A stretch of 64,000 bases of DNA from Thermodesulfobacteriota bacterium (lineage in GTDB: Bacteria > Desulfobacterota_D > UBA1144 > Nemesobacterales > UBA2774), in assembly GCA_963422265.1 (NCBI GenBank), contig OY729416.1, positions 1,312,001-1,376,000 on the forward strand, in the 5' to 3' direction. The notes under the pieces are model-generated. The model saw nothing but the letters and a program-made list of their open reading frames with translations. It was not told where the DNA came from and did no database searches. A program made the position numbers and the translations under genes. Shown here piece by piece: positions 41,084 through 52,643 of the stretch. Every line of letters begins with the position of its first letter. The first letter of the stretch is position 1.

Positions 41084-42811
41084 TTACTTTCTTGCACTAA
41101 ACTTAAGATCCGTTTTACTCCTGTCCCACGTTTTATCCGTGATTTCTTTAATCTCAGCTACTTTGATTTTTTGGGTAGCCGTTACCGGAAATCCATCTTC
41201 GTAAACCTCGATGAATCTAGGCACCATCGCTACTATTACCCTTTCAGCCATCCACTTGCTAAACTCTATGGGGTCAAACTCAGCTCCGCTCTTCAATGTA
41301 AGGTTGAGTTTTATTTCGTCGTCTGAAACGTTGGGCAGTCTAATTCCAACTGCTATCGCTTCTTGTATAGCCTCGTATTGCATAGCTACATCCTGGACTG
41401 CAATGGGATCAACGTTTTCTCCAGATACCCTTATCCTGCTGAATCTCCCCACAAAGTAGTATCTTCCATCTATTCCCCTTGCGAATAAGTCATCAGAGTT
41501 AAAAAAGCCTTCGTCGTCAAAGGCTTCTCTCGTCCTTCTCTCGTCCTTAAAGTATTCGTTTAGGGTTGTATGGGGGACAAGCGGTTTTATAAATAATAGC
41601 CCTTTTGCCTCATCAGGGGGGGTCGGATCTTCATAAGGATTCCAGAATGGTCTCAGCACGGAGTCTGAGTTTTGGGAATCTCTCAATTCAACGTAATACC
41701 CTTCCATGGGAAAACCTGACGATCCGGGTCTGTGGTCCTCAGGATCCTTCCAAAGCACCATGCCCATCTCGGTAGATCCGTATCCATCTATAACCCTAAC
41801 GCCGAATCTTTCTTGAAACTCTTGCAGATTCCTAGGAGCTGGAGACCCAAGCATTATTCTGATAGTGTGTTTTTTATCCCATTCGCTTGGCTCCGCTGCC
41901 CATAGATACTCGGCTACGGCTCCCAACATGTTGACGCATGTAGCCCCGCAATTAGCAGCCCATTTCCAGAAATTTGAAGCCGAGAAACGAGGGAAGAAAA
42001 CAGCGGTGGATCCCGATCCCATAGCACTGAATAGGCACATGACCTGGGCGTTGGCATGCCCCAGGGAGAGCACGCTCATAAGGGTATCTTCACTTCTCAC
42101 ACCTTGCTGTTGTAAGTATGAACGCACAGTCATTACCACTCCGCCGTGGTCCCTGGCTACGCCCTTTGGCATTCCAGTCGTTCCGGAGGTGAACATACAT
42201 CTTTCCATGTCGTGGGTAGTAACTTCAACGCCGGTGTTATCACTTGAGCATTTATCAAACGTGTTAAAAGGCAGTGTTTTTATTCCACCAATATCCTGAG
42301 GAACGTCATTAGGATCACCCGTAATGAATATAACTTCTAGGTTAGCCAAGTCTCCGGCAATTTCCTTAATAAATGGGATGCTACCGGGATCAACTACGAG
42401 AGCAGTCATTTCTGAATAGTTAATGACGTAGGTAAGCCTCTCTCCCTTCTCGTCTTTGTTAATTGGAACCTGTACTCCGCCCAGTTTATGTATCGCTATT
42501 ATTGAGACCACGTATTCAGAGCAGTTCAGCATATACATGCCAATCTTATTGCCTTTGGAGATTCCAAATTCTTCCATCAGCCCGTTGGCGATCCTGTTTG
42601 CCCATTCATTTGTCTCCTTATAGGAATAGCTTTCTACAATAGCTCCCTTCCCATCGGCTACCCGAAACATCGTTTTATCCGGAAATTGTTCAGCACCCAT
42701 TTCTAGGCACTTGGTAATCGGCTGCCACTCTGAGCTGTCATCGAATGATCCGAATGGAAGCGATCCTTCTCCCAGGTATTTGGCGCCCCGGGGCTTAAAT
42801 AATAAACGCAT
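41084..42811 (-). CDS. AMP-dependent acyl-CoA ligase (CaiC-like), paralog 1
   Basis: FTSGTTGMPKG, YGSTE, RFSASNFW, TATQKIK. Confidence 0.88.
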   Translation of the reverse strand: MRLLFKPRGAKYLGEGSLPFGSFDDSSEWQPITKCLEMGAEQFPDKTMFRVADGKGAIVESYSYKETNEWANRIANGLMEEFGISKGNKIGMYMLNCSEYVVSIIAIHKLGGVQVPINKDEKGERLTYVINYSEMTALVVDPGSIPFIKEIAGDLANLEVIFITGDPNDVPQDIGGIKTLPFNTFDKCSSDNTGVEVTTHDMERCMFTSGTTGMPKGVARDHGGVVMTVRSYLQQQGVRSEDTLMSVLSLGHANAQVMCLFSAMGSGSTAVFFPRFSASNFWKWAANCGATCVNMLGAVAEYLWAAEPSEWDKKHTIRIMLGSPAPRNLQEFQERFGVRVIDGYGSTEMGMVLWKDPEDHRPGSSGFPMEGYYVELRDSQNSDSVLRPFWNPYEDPTPPDEAKGLLFIKPLVPHTTLNEYFKDERRTREAFDDEGFFNSDDLFARGIDGRYYFVGRFSRIRVSGENVDPIAVQDVAMQYEAIQEAIAVGIRLPNVSDDEIKLNLTLKSGAEFDPIEFSKWMAERVIVAMVPRFIEVYEDGFPVTATQKIKVAEIKEITDKTWDRSKTDLKFSARK

Positions 42812-43025
42812 AACGCTCCTCCTTAGTATATTTAGTTATAACTTTCCAAACTCAAGTAATATATGTTCAATACTGACGCATTGTCAAACTTGAAGAGACC
42901 ACAGCGCCTAAATTTATTGATAAAGAAGACTATGCGTTTATTAGAATCGTGCTAGTATTTGTGCGCTTGCATCTTTCGCATATTAGCGTTTAATTACCAC
43001 CTGTGAATTTTTTTAGGGATAACCA

Positions 43026-43970
43026 TTGGATATATTCGTTAACATCTTATTTTCCCTCACCGGGCTTGCTGCCCTCTTTTTAGGTGGGGAATGGGTGGTC
43101 AGAGGCGCTTCCCGCCTAGCCCGGATCATCGGGGTAAGCCCTATAGTAATAGGGCTTACGGTTGTGGCGTTTGGGACTTCCGCTCCTGAATTCATCGTCT
43201 CTCTTATAGCTGCCCTTAAGGGTTCAAGCGATATAGCTCTCGGAAACATAGTCGGGAGTAATATATCAAATATAGGACTCATACTCGGCATATCAGCTAT
43301 CATAAGCCCCTTTGTAATTAACCTAAGACTAGTAAAGGTTACAGTCTCTTTTATGATTTTATCCTCTCTCGTTCTCTATTTTATAGCTTGGGGGCTTGAA
43401 ATTAACAGGATAGAAGGGGGGGGACTCTTTGGGATGCTTATCATTCTTATAACCTACACTTACCGAATTGCGAAAAAAGAAGCCCTTGATATTGAGCAGA
43501 AAAACGATCAAATACAGGGTCCTGAATATGCCAAGTGGAGGCAAGTGGGCTTGATCGCCCTTGGGCTAGTAGGATTGATTATAGGGGCAGAGCTTTTGGT
43601 TGACTCAGCTATTCTAGTCGCCAAAGCACTCGGCGTGAGCGAGCTTATTATCGGTATTACTGCAATAGCTGTTGGCACGTCCCTGCCTGAACTTGCCACC
43701 TCAATTATAGCAGCCATCAGGAAAGAGACCGATATTATGGTAGGCAACTTAATAGGTAGCAATGTTTTCAACGTGGGGATACTAGGGTTGGTCTCGGTTA
43801 TTAAGCCAATACGGGTAGAGGTATCGTTGCTCAGTTTTGAGCTCATAGCAGTGGTTTTCTTTTCGGTTTTGGTTCTTCCAATTATGGCGACGGGAGCTAG
43901 AGCAAATAGGTTAGAGGGGGTGTTGCTTCTAATATTTTATACTGCGTTTATTTTGAGTTTGTTCAAGTAG
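43026..43970 (+). CDS. Calcium/sodium antiporter (YrbG family)
   Basis: Two alpha repeats GTSAPE...GNIVGSN and GTSLPE...GNLIGSN. Confidence 0.93.
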   Translation: MDIFVNILFSLTGLAALFLGGEWVVRGASRLARIIGVSPIVIGLTVVAFGTSAPEFIVSLIAALKGSSDIALGNIVGSNISNIGLILGISAIISPFVINLRLVKVTVSFMILSSLVLYFIAWGLEINRIEGGGLFGMLIILITYTYRIAKKEALDIEQKNDQIQGPEYAKWRQVGLIALGLVGLIIGAELLVDSAILVAKALGVSELIIGITAIAVGTSLPELATSIIAAIRKETDIMVGNLIGSNVFNVGILGLVSVIKPIRVEVSLLSFELIAVVFFSVLVLPIMATGARANRLEGVLLLIFYTAFILSLFK

Positions 43971-43977
43971 GCTTGTT

Positions 43978-45702
43978 TTAACGAGTGCGGAATTTAATTC
44001 CCGCTTTGGCTCTATCCCAGGTGTTTTCGCTTATTTCCTTGATTTCAGATACCTTGATCTTTTGCGTAGCGGTTATGGGGAACCCTTGCTTATAGACTTC
44101 TATGAACCTTGGGACCATAAAGACAGGGGATCTATCAGCCATCCACGTTACGAATTCAACCGGGTCAAACGTGGTGTCTCTCTTGAGCGTAATGTTGAGC
44201 TTAATTTCATCATCAGATATATTAGGCAGCCTAACTCCGACTGCTATAGCTTCCTGTACTGCTTTATACTCCATAGCCACGTCTTGCACTGCAATGGGGT
44301 CAACGTTTTCACCAGAGACGCGGATTCTACTATATCTTCCCTGAAAGTAGTATCGCCCTTCTATCCCTTTGGCAAATAGATCGTCAGAGTTAAAAAACCC
44401 ATCGTCATCAAAGGCTTCTCTGGTTCTTCTTTCATCTTTGAAATATTCGTTTAGAGTCGTATGTGGTATTAAAGGCTTTATAAACAAAAGTCCCTTTGCC
44501 TCATCAGGGGGGACAGGGGTTTCAAAAGGGTTCCAGAACGGACGGACTATTTCACTTGTATCCTCCGGGTTTCTAAGTTCTACGTAATAGCCTTCCATGG
44601 GATAGCCAGATGACCCGGGACGATCGTCTTCTGGGTCTTTCCATAGCACCATACCCATCTCGGTAGAACCATAACCGTCTATAACGCGCGTATTAAAGCG
44701 GTCTTGAAATTCCTTGAGGTTTCGGGGCGCGGGACCGGAGAGAACGGTTCTGATTTTATGCTTTTTATCCCACTCACTAGGTTCGGCTGCCCACAAGTAC
44801 TCAGCAACCGCCCCAAGCATTCCAACGTAAGTCGCCCCACATTCATAAGCCCACTTCCAAAAATTTGACGCTGAAAATCTAGGGAAGAAAACAACGCTCG
44901 CCCCAGCGCCTATCGCACTAAAAAGACCCATGACCTGGGCGTTAGCGTGTCCAAGCGTTAGCACGCTCATAAGGACATCTTCACTCCTTATGCCCTGTTG
45001 CTGTATGAAGCCCCTTACGGTAAGCACTACACCTCCATGGTTTCTTGACACGCCCTTTGGCATACCTGTGGTTCCAGAGGTGAACATACATCTCTCGACG
45101 TCCTTAATGGTTACGTCAACTTCAGGATTTTCATCCGAGTAGCTATCAAATACGGAGAATGGCAGCGTTTTTATGCCATTTATATCATTGGGAACATTAT
45201 TGGAATCGCCTGTCATAAATATTACGTCAAGGTTTTGCAGGTCTTTCGCTATTTGCTTGATGAACTCTGAGCTCTCAGGATCAACGATAAGGGCGCTCAT
45301 TTCCGAATAGTTGATTACGTAAGCTAGTCTATCTCCCTTTTCATCCTTATTAATTGGAACCTGAACGGCTCCAGTTTTATGACAGGCGAGGATAGAGACG
45401 ACGTATTCAGGGGAGTTAAGCATATATATTCCGACTTTTTTGCCTTTGTTAACGCCATGATCGTTCTTAAGACCGTTAGCTATTCGGTTTGCCCATTTAT
45501 TAGTTTCTTCATAGGTATAGTTATTATTGAGATTTCCATTCCTGTCCGCAACCTTAAACATTGTCTTATCAGGAAATGCAAGAGCTCCCTTTTCCAGATA
45601 TTTTGTGAGCGGTTGCCACTTAGACAAGTCCTCAAAGGTTCCGAAAGGAAGTTCACCTTCTCCTACGTATTTTGAATCACGCGGTTTTAATAGTAGCTGC
45701 AT
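43978..45702 (-). CDS. AMP-dependent acyl-CoA ligase (CaiC-like), paralog 2
   Basis: Same motifs as, and colinear with, 41084-42811. Confidence 0.88.
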   Translation of the reverse strand: MQLLLKPRDSKYVGEGELPFGTFEDLSKWQPLTKYLEKGALAFPDKTMFKVADRNGNLNNNYTYEETNKWANRIANGLKNDHGVNKGKKVGIYMLNSPEYVVSILACHKTGAVQVPINKDEKGDRLAYVINYSEMSALIVDPESSEFIKQIAKDLQNLDVIFMTGDSNNVPNDINGIKTLPFSVFDSYSDENPEVDVTIKDVERCMFTSGTTGMPKGVSRNHGGVVLTVRGFIQQQGIRSEDVLMSVLTLGHANAQVMGLFSAIGAGASVVFFPRFSASNFWKWAYECGATYVGMLGAVAEYLWAAEPSEWDKKHKIRTVLSGPAPRNLKEFQDRFNTRVIDGYGSTEMGMVLWKDPEDDRPGSSGYPMEGYYVELRNPEDTSEIVRPFWNPFETPVPPDEAKGLLFIKPLIPHTTLNEYFKDERRTREAFDDDGFFNSDDLFAKGIEGRYYFQGRYSRIRVSGENVDPIAVQDVAMEYKAVQEAIAVGVRLPNISDDEIKLNITLKRDTTFDPVEFVTWMADRSPVFMVPRFIEVYKQGFPITATQKIKVSEIKEISENTWDRAKAGIKFRTR

Positions 45703-45736
45703 AACTTCACCCCATCTTGTTGATTTTTGGCATTGG

Positions 45737-46318
45737 TTAACTGCTTTTGCACTTAGCTATTGAAATGAAGTTCTTAAGTAAATCCTTCCCATGTTTCGTG
45801 AGAATAGACTCTGGGTGAAACTGCACTCCCTCTACCAATAACTCCCTGTGCTTGATACCCATAATTTCCCCCTCGTCCGTCCATGCGGTTACATATAAGG
45901 TATCAGGTAGCGATTCTTTATCAACTAATAGCGAGTGGTATCTTGTGGCTTCAAACGGGTCAGGCACGTTTTTGTAAATACCCTTACCGTCATGATAGAC
46001 TTGAGATGTCTTTCCATGAAGAAGTCTTTTCGCTCGCACTATTTTGCCTCCAAAAGCCTGAGCGACCGATTGGTGACCGAGACAAACCCCTAATACGGGC
46101 AGTTTACCTGCAAACTCTTTTACCGTATCCACGGATATGCCAGCTTCTTTTGGGGTGCATGGTCCCGGTGAAATCACTATCATTTCTGGATTGAGTTCGT
46201 CAATGTCCTCCAGCCCTATCTTATCATTTCTGTGGACGACTACCTCCTCTCCTAATTCAGCTATGTAGTGAACTAGGTTGTAAGTAAAGGAGTCGTAGTT
46301 ATCTATCATCAGTATCAT
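45737..46318 (-). CDS. trpG: Anthranilate/aminodeoxychorismate synthase component II
   Basis: [28 protein letters not shown]; directly after trpE. Confidence 0.92.
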   Translation of the reverse strand: MILMIDNYDSFTYNLVHYIAELGEEVVVHRNDKIGLEDIDELNPEMIVISPGPCTPKEAGISVDTVKEFAGKLPVLGVCLGHQSVAQAFGGKIVRAKRLLHGKTSQVYHDGKGIYKNVPDPFEATRYHSLLVDKESLPDTLYVTAWTDEGEIMGIKHRELLVEGVQFHPESILTKHGKDLLKNFISIAKCKSS

Positions 46319-46320
46319 TA

Positions 46321-47811
46321 TTACAGTCCCGCTTTAGCTGCCTCCACGGCTTTGACCAATGCTTTGACTTTGTTAACCGTCTCGTCATATTCCCTTTCAG
46401 GATCGGAATCGGCAACAATCCCAGCACCAGCCTGTATGTAAATCTGACCATTTTTGATTACAAACGTTCTGATTGTTATGCAGGTATCCATATTACCCGA
46501 AAAGCTGACGTATCCTACCGCTCCACCATAAGCTCCTCTTCTTGAAGGCTCCAGTTCTTCAACTATTTCCATAGCCCTTACCTTTGGCGCTCCTGAGAGC
46601 GTGCCTGCAGGAAACGTAGCCTTAATGACGTCAAAGGCGTCTTTGTCTGAATCTAGCTTTGCAACTACGTTAGATACTATGTGCATAACGTGGGAATACC
46701 TTTCCGTAACCATTAGCTCGTCAACGTGAACCGTTCCTGTTTCAGCTATCCTTCCTAAGTCATTTCTAGCTAGATCCACAAGCATTATATGCTCGGCTCT
46801 TTCCTTGGGATCTGCTAGGAGTTCCTTCTCAAGCTCTAAATCCTCAACTTCAGTTTTCCCCCTAGTCCTGGTGCCAGCGATAGGGCGACTTTCCAATTTG
46901 CCGTTCTCGACCCTAACCATAACCTCAGGAGAGGATCCAACTAGTGTCTCGGAATCCGTTCTTATATAAAACATATAAGGAGAGGGATTGAGAACTCTAA
47001 GGGCTCTGTATAAGTCAAAGGGATCAACATCGAGCTTTGTCTTCCATCTCTGAGAAATTACCGCTTGTATTATATCTCCAGCCTTGATGTATTCCTTGGT
47101 TTTTTTAACAGCTTTTTTGAAGTCCTTAGGCACAAAATTTGACTCAAGCCCGACTGTTACTTTACTATTGTCTTCATTACCTCGCCTTTTATTCTCTCCA
47201 TGTTGAACAGGGGCGGTCATTAGCTTTATGCTTAGATTCTCTATTTTATTTATAGCATTTTCATAAGCTGCCTCAGATTCTTCATGCTCCGGCACGTAAG
47301 CGTTGCATATAATTTTAATCTTATGGCTTACGTTATCAAAAACGAGGATAGAGTCGGTAATCACGAACAACGAGTCTGGTAGACTAAGCTCATCCTCCCC
47401 TACTGCAGGCAGATTCTCCACGAACCTTACTGCGTCGTAGCTGAAGTACCCAACGGCTCCACCGTGAAATCTGGGCAGCTCGGGAGAGTATATAGGTTTG
47501 TATCTCGACAAAAGTCTCCTGAGATTATCAAACGGATCGCCTACCGTTGTTTTAGTCAGACCGTTTTCCGTTATCTCTATTCGACTTCCCTTAGACCTAA
47601 AGATTACTGAGGGTTCAGAGCCGAGTATGCTGTACCTTCCCCACTTTTGCCCACCTTCCATGCTTTCTAACAAAAAAGCGTAACTGCCTGATTCTATTTT
47701 CTTAAAAGCTGATACGGGGGTGTCAAAATCAGCCAGCACCTCTTTCCAAATGGGGATTACGTTGCCTTGATTTAGCTTTTTCTTAAACCCTTCAAAGGAG
47801 GGGAAAATCAT
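46321..47811 (-). CDS. trpE: Anthranilate synthase component I
   Basis: [35 protein letters not shown]. Confidence 0.94.
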   Translation of the reverse strand: MIFPSFEGFKKKLNQGNVIPIWKEVLADFDTPVSAFKKIESGSYAFLLESMEGGQKWGRYSILGSEPSVIFRSKGSRIEITENGLTKTTVGDPFDNLRRLLSRYKPIYSPELPRFHGGAVGYFSYDAVRFVENLPAVGEDELSLPDSLFVITDSILVFDNVSHKIKIICNAYVPEHEESEAAYENAINKIENLSIKLMTAPVQHGENKRRGNEDNSKVTVGLESNFVPKDFKKAVKKTKEYIKAGDIIQAVISQRWKTKLDVDPFDLYRALRVLNPSPYMFYIRTDSETLVGSSPEVMVRVENGKLESRPIAGTRTRGKTEVEDLELEKELLADPKERAEHIMLVDLARNDLGRIAETGTVHVDELMVTERYSHVMHIVSNVVAKLDSDKDAFDVIKATFPAGTLSGAPKVRAMEIVEELEPSRRGAYGGAVGYVSFSGNMDTCITIRTFVIKNGQIYIQAGAGIVADSDPEREYDETVNKVKALVKAVEAAKAGL

Positions 47812-47977
47812 GGTGTGAAATAATAAGAAGCCCTCTGATTAAAGTCAAGGTGGTTATTCTGTGAGGTTACTGAAGCCCTAAAACTAATAGGTTCAAACAT
47901 GTCCCCAACTCCGAGCAGGGATTGGAAACTAAATGGTGGTTAATTATAATATGATTATTAATGAAGGTGGATAGTTA

Positions 47978-48346
47978 ATGATGGCTAATGCAAGAGTGGA
48001 TAAGGTCAATCCTCTTATTTTTCAACAATGTCGTGAACAAACAGGTTTGAGCATTGAGAAAGCCCAAGAGAAGGCAGGGGTAAAGACCCTTGGAAAAATA
48101 GAAACAGGCAAGACTAAACCTACTTTTAATCAGCTTGAGAGGCTCGCCCATCTGTATAATGTTCCACAATGGATTTTTCTAAAAGAACAACTACCCAGTC
48201 AGTATCGTTTTAGATCTATCCCCTCCTTCCGGCGGTTTGCCGATGCCAGCCCTGTTTTCGATAACTACAAAGTGAGGGTTATTACAACTTCGGATTACAA
48301 AAGCTATGTAAATTGTTCGGAATTAGAAGGGTATCTGATGCTCTAA
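47978..48346 (+). pseudogene. XRE-family HTH fragment, probably the N-terminus of a truncated HTH-ImmA/IrrE metallopeptidase gene
   Basis: REQTGLSIEKA...IETGKTKPTFNQLERLAHLY and PSFRR, then early stop with no HEXXH domain. Confidence 0.55.
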
Positions 48347-48485
48347 AATTAGAAGGTTCACTGTGAAGTATTGTTTAGACACAAATTTGTATTCATTGTT
48401 GAATTATTACGTCGGTGTAGAATAAAGGTCTAAAGTTACAAATCCAAAATTGCGTAAAATCATCTATTAACTAGATTATAAATAT

Positions 48486-49847
48486 ATGCCAAATATAAAT
48501 CCACAGATTTTCAGGGAATACGATATAAGGGGAATTGTTGGAAGGGATGTTGATGCTGATGTCTTTGAAACTATAGGGAAGGCTTATGGAACACACGTGA
48601 AGGATTATGGGGGCAAGACGGTCTCCATGGGTAGGGATTGCAGGATCAGCTCCGCTGAGCTTGCTAAGGCTATGGCTAGGGGGATTAACTCTATTGGCGT
48701 TGACGTTATAGACATCGGATTAGTTACAACGCCTATGCTTTATTTCTCTCTTTATAATTTGGACGTGGATGGGGGAGTTATGATAACGGCTAGTCATAAT
48801 CCGGGGGAATATAACGGGATAAAAATGAGCGTTGGCAAGGACTCCATTTTCGGCAGTGAGATAAAAAAAATAGGTGATATTGCAAAGAGCGGTAATTTTA
48901 CTTTGGATAATGGGGCGTTAGAGCAAAGAGACATTAGAAAGGATTACATAGACTTCCTGATGAACAACGTGAGTATTAAGCCCGGCATCCGTCTAGCTAC
49001 TGATTACGGTAACGGCATGGTAGGGATTATAGGTCCCGAGGTACTGACAGCACTCGGTTGTGATTTGACCGAGCTTTACGTAGAACCTGATGGGACGTTC
49101 CCTAACCACCATCCTGACCCTACAGTTGAAGAAAACTTGGCTGAGCTTATTAAAACCGTGAAAGATAAACGGCTTGAGCTAGGCATAGGTTTTGACGGCG
49201 ATGGCGATAGGATAGGGGTTGTTGACGAGAACGGAAGCATAGTATGGGGGGATATGCTGGTGCTTATACTTGCAAGGGCAATTATTAAGGAGAGCCCTAA
49301 CACCAAGATAATAGGGGACGTTAAATGTTCTAATAGATTGTTTAACGGCGTGCAGGAAGCTGGAGGAAAGGCTATAATGTGGAGGACGGGACACTCGCTA
49401 ATCAAAAGTAAGATGAAGTCCGAAGGTGCCGCGCTTGCGGGAGAAATGAGCGGGCACGTATTCTTTGCCGATAAGTATTTTGGTTACGACGACGCCCTTT
49501 ACGCTTCATTGCGATTACTTGAGATCATATCAAAAACCGGAAAGAAGGTATCTGAGCTTTTGGACGGAGTTACCACTGCCATTTCTACCCCTGAGATCAG
49601 GGTTGATTGCCCTGAGGACATAAAGTTTCGGGTTGTAGAAGAGGTGACAGAGAAACTAAAGCATTATTATGAAGTTATAGATATAGATGGGGCAAGGGTA
49701 AACTTTCCTGATGGGTGGGGACTTGTAAGAGCTTCTAACACGCAGCCTGCCCTGGTCCTAAGGTTCGAAGCTGAAACTAACGATAGGCTTTCTGAAATCC
49801 GCTCAATAATAGAAGGTGAGCTAAGCGCCGCAATGGGTAGGTTATAA
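48486..49847 (+). CDS. Phosphomannomutase/phosphoglucomutase (AlgC-like)
   Basis: FREYDIRG, TASHNP, FDGDGDR, GEMSGH, RASNT. Confidence 0.95.
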   Translation: MPNINPQIFREYDIRGIVGRDVDADVFETIGKAYGTHVKDYGGKTVSMGRDCRISSAELAKAMARGINSIGVDVIDIGLVTTPMLYFSLYNLDVDGGVMITASHNPGEYNGIKMSVGKDSIFGSEIKKIGDIAKSGNFTLDNGALEQRDIRKDYIDFLMNNVSIKPGIRLATDYGNGMVGIIGPEVLTALGCDLTELYVEPDGTFPNHHPDPTVEENLAELIKTVKDKRLELGIGFDGDGDRIGVVDENGSIVWGDMLVLILARAIIKESPNTKIIGDVKCSNRLFNGVQEAGGKAIMWRTGHSLIKSKMKSEGAALAGEMSGHVFFADKYFGYDDALYASLRLLEIISKTGKKVSELLDGVTTAISTPEIRVDCPEDIKFRVVEEVTEKLKHYYEVIDIDGARVNFPDGWGLVRASNTQPALVLRFEAETNDRLSEIRSIIEGELSAAMGRL

Positions 49848-50109
49848 TAGTCTAGTCTTGCTCTATTCTAGACGAAATAACACCAGACATAAAAACAATC
49901 GTTTGTTACAGCATTACACGCATTTAGAAAGTATTACTTCTTATAAAATATAAGTTAATAAAAACAAATTAACTATCACCTCTTTTTTTATATTATAATT
50001 ATTCAACTTTCATATTATAAGCACTCTACTATTGTTAAAATTATGCCTTGCCTGCCAGTAGCGAATAGGAATTGCCGTTTCTGGGTTGGGTGGAAGCCGA
50101 AGAATAACA

Positions 50110-52613
50110 ATGAGTGATAAAGCCAAAGAAAAGCGTTTTCTCAATGCGTTGGAAGCTCTGTTTACAGGGGCGGAAGTAGAGGGAGACTCCGGCTTCATCA
50201 ACCTGATGCGCATGAAGCGCGACTACTTCAAATCTATAAGTCCAAAGCTGATGGAAGCGATTGACGGGCGCGTTGAAAAAGACACCGCTTTTCGCGAGGA
50301 ATTGTTTGATAAACTCTACACATTCTTCTCCCGCTACTTTTGTGAAAGTGGTTCTATTTACTTTCGCCACCTGCCGGCTTTTTCAAAAACATACGAGCGC
50401 GTCTATGCCGATGGCGAGGACGTCGCTTTGTCGTGGAAAACACGGATGCTCTACTACGTCAAGTCCGACGTATTGGTGCGCTCCATGCCAGTTGATTTGA
50501 TTGATGAAAAAAAACCACAGAATACGAGGCGGTTTTACTTTAATGCATCTGAGGTTGAAAACAAGAAAAACAACGAGCGGCGTGAGTTTGTTTTTGAGTT
50601 TGACAAAGTGGAAAACCAGCAGGAAGGGTTGTTCATCTCAAGGTCGCCTATTCCGAAAGAGGCAGGAAAACCAAGACTGAAGACATTATCAAACAGTGCC
50701 GCAAAGTCGGTGTGTCGCTAACCGATGAACAGCTTAATAAAGCCATTAACATATTCCGCCGTCAGACTGAAGCAGATTTTTTTATCAACAAGGATGCACG
50801 TGGCTTTCTGTGTGAACAATTCGACCTGTGGATGTATCAATACATATTTCAGGAAGAAACCATCTTTCAGCAAGAGAGGCTTAGACAACTACAGTCAATT
50901 CAACAAACCGCCTACGACATCATCGACTTTATCTCCCAGTTTGAAGACGAGCTCTGCCGCGTGTGGGAAAAGCCTAAGTTTGTGCGCAACGTCAACTATG
51001 TAGTCACGCTAGACAAATTGACGGGCGGAGTTCTAAACAAGATATCAAAACATCAAGGCGCCAACGCGCAGATAGAAGAATGGCGCGAACTAGGGATGGT
51101 GGACGACCAGTTTTCAATCAAGGAGATATTCAACGGACAAAGGAGCCTTGATGACGCCAATGGCGCAAGCGGTGATTATAAATTTCTGCCACTGGACACC
51201 AAACATTTTAAGGACTTGGAGTTAGAGATCATTGACGCGCTAGGAAATTTAGACGAAGCGTTGGACGGTGAGCTTGTGCATAGCGAAAACTGGCAGGCGT
51301 TGAATACCTTACAGAAACGATACAAAGAGAAGGTGAAATGTATTTATATTGATCCGCCGTTTAATTTGGATAGTAGCGACCAGTTTAACTACCGAACAAA
51401 CTATAAAAATTCCTGTTGGGCAACACTATTGGAAAATAGAATTTCCCTGGGGAAAAACTTTCTTTCTGATGACGGATCAATTTTTGTGCGGTGTGATTAT
51501 AACGGGAATTGGATTGTGAGATTTCTTATGGACAATACATTTAATCATGAATTGATCAACGAAATACAAGTGAATACTACTCAGAAGATATTTGAAGGTG
51601 TCCATGGCTATAACATTGCTACGAATTCGCTTTTTTGGTATGGAAAGTCTTACCATGTTTATATTTCTCCACAGAGAATAGCAAGAGATAACATCTATTG
51701 GTTGCCATGCCATTCCGGTGGCGAACGAAAGCCTCCAGAAAGAAACTTCTTTGGAAAAACACTGTTACCCCCTTCTGGTAGGCATTGGACTTTTATTCAA
51801 GACAAAATTGATTACATGATTAAGGATAATAGGATAAGGATAAATCAGGATAAAGAGTATGAAGATATGCGAGGAAGTTTAATTAAAGGGATGCCAGAAT
51901 ATCAGATTGCAGAACGAAAATTACTTAATTCCAATTGGACAGATATCCCGGGATACACTTCTACAACAAGTTTTCCAACCGAAAACTCAGAGAAATTACT
52001 CAACCGAGTAGTTAAAACTGCTTCTATGAGAGAGAATGTCGTTTGTGACTTCTTTTCTGGTTCCGGCACCACCACCGCAGTCGCGCACAAACTTGGTCGC
52101 AAATGGATCGGAGTGGAAATGGGAGAGCATTTTTACAGCGTGATTTTACCAAGAATGAAAAAAGTTTTGGCTTATGATAAATCTGGAATTTCTAAAGAAG
52201 TAAAAGAATACAAGGGTGGCGGTGCATTCAAATACTACGCGCTAGAGCAATACGAAGAGACACTGAAAAACGCTCACTATCAAGATGGCGAGCAGATTGA
52301 AATAGACAGCATGAAATCACCGTTTGAGCAATACGTCTTCTTCGGCGACGACAAACTCGCCCATGCCGTTAAGCTCCCGAAGAAACCTAGCAAGGACGGT
52401 AAACTGAAGATCAACCTGCGCAGCCTCTACGCGGATATCGACATCGCCGAGTCCCTCTCCAACGTCCTCGGCAAACCTATCCGCAAACGTACTGCCGACA
52501 GAGTAACTTTTGAAGACGGCACTACCAAGAAAACCAACCCCGCAAAGATGACGGCAGCAGAACAACAGGATTTCATCTCTCTCATCAAACCCTATCTGTG
52601 GTGGGGGGAGTGA
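50110..52613 (+). pseudogene. mod: Type III R-M methyltransferase (Mod, beta-class N6-adenine), split by a 1-nt frameshift near 50620-50630
   Basis: ORF 50110-50721 continues in the -1 frame as VVHLKVAYSERGRKTK... into ORF 50712-52613, which has IDPPF (motif IV) and DFFSGSGTT (motif I). Confidence 0.85.
52261..52607 (+). repeat. Direct repeat A copy 1 (3' end of mod)
   Basis: Ungapped near-identical match to 54738-55084, offset 2477. Confidence 0.95.
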
Positions 52614-52643
52614 AATAATACGCAAACTAAAGGGGGAAACACC

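Noticed and set aside
50500-50580. A8 run and GAAAAAC as the mod phase-variation or slippage site
   Set aside because: Mod-like sequence continues in the original frame past them, and the -1 frame hits a TGA at about 50583, so the shift is later
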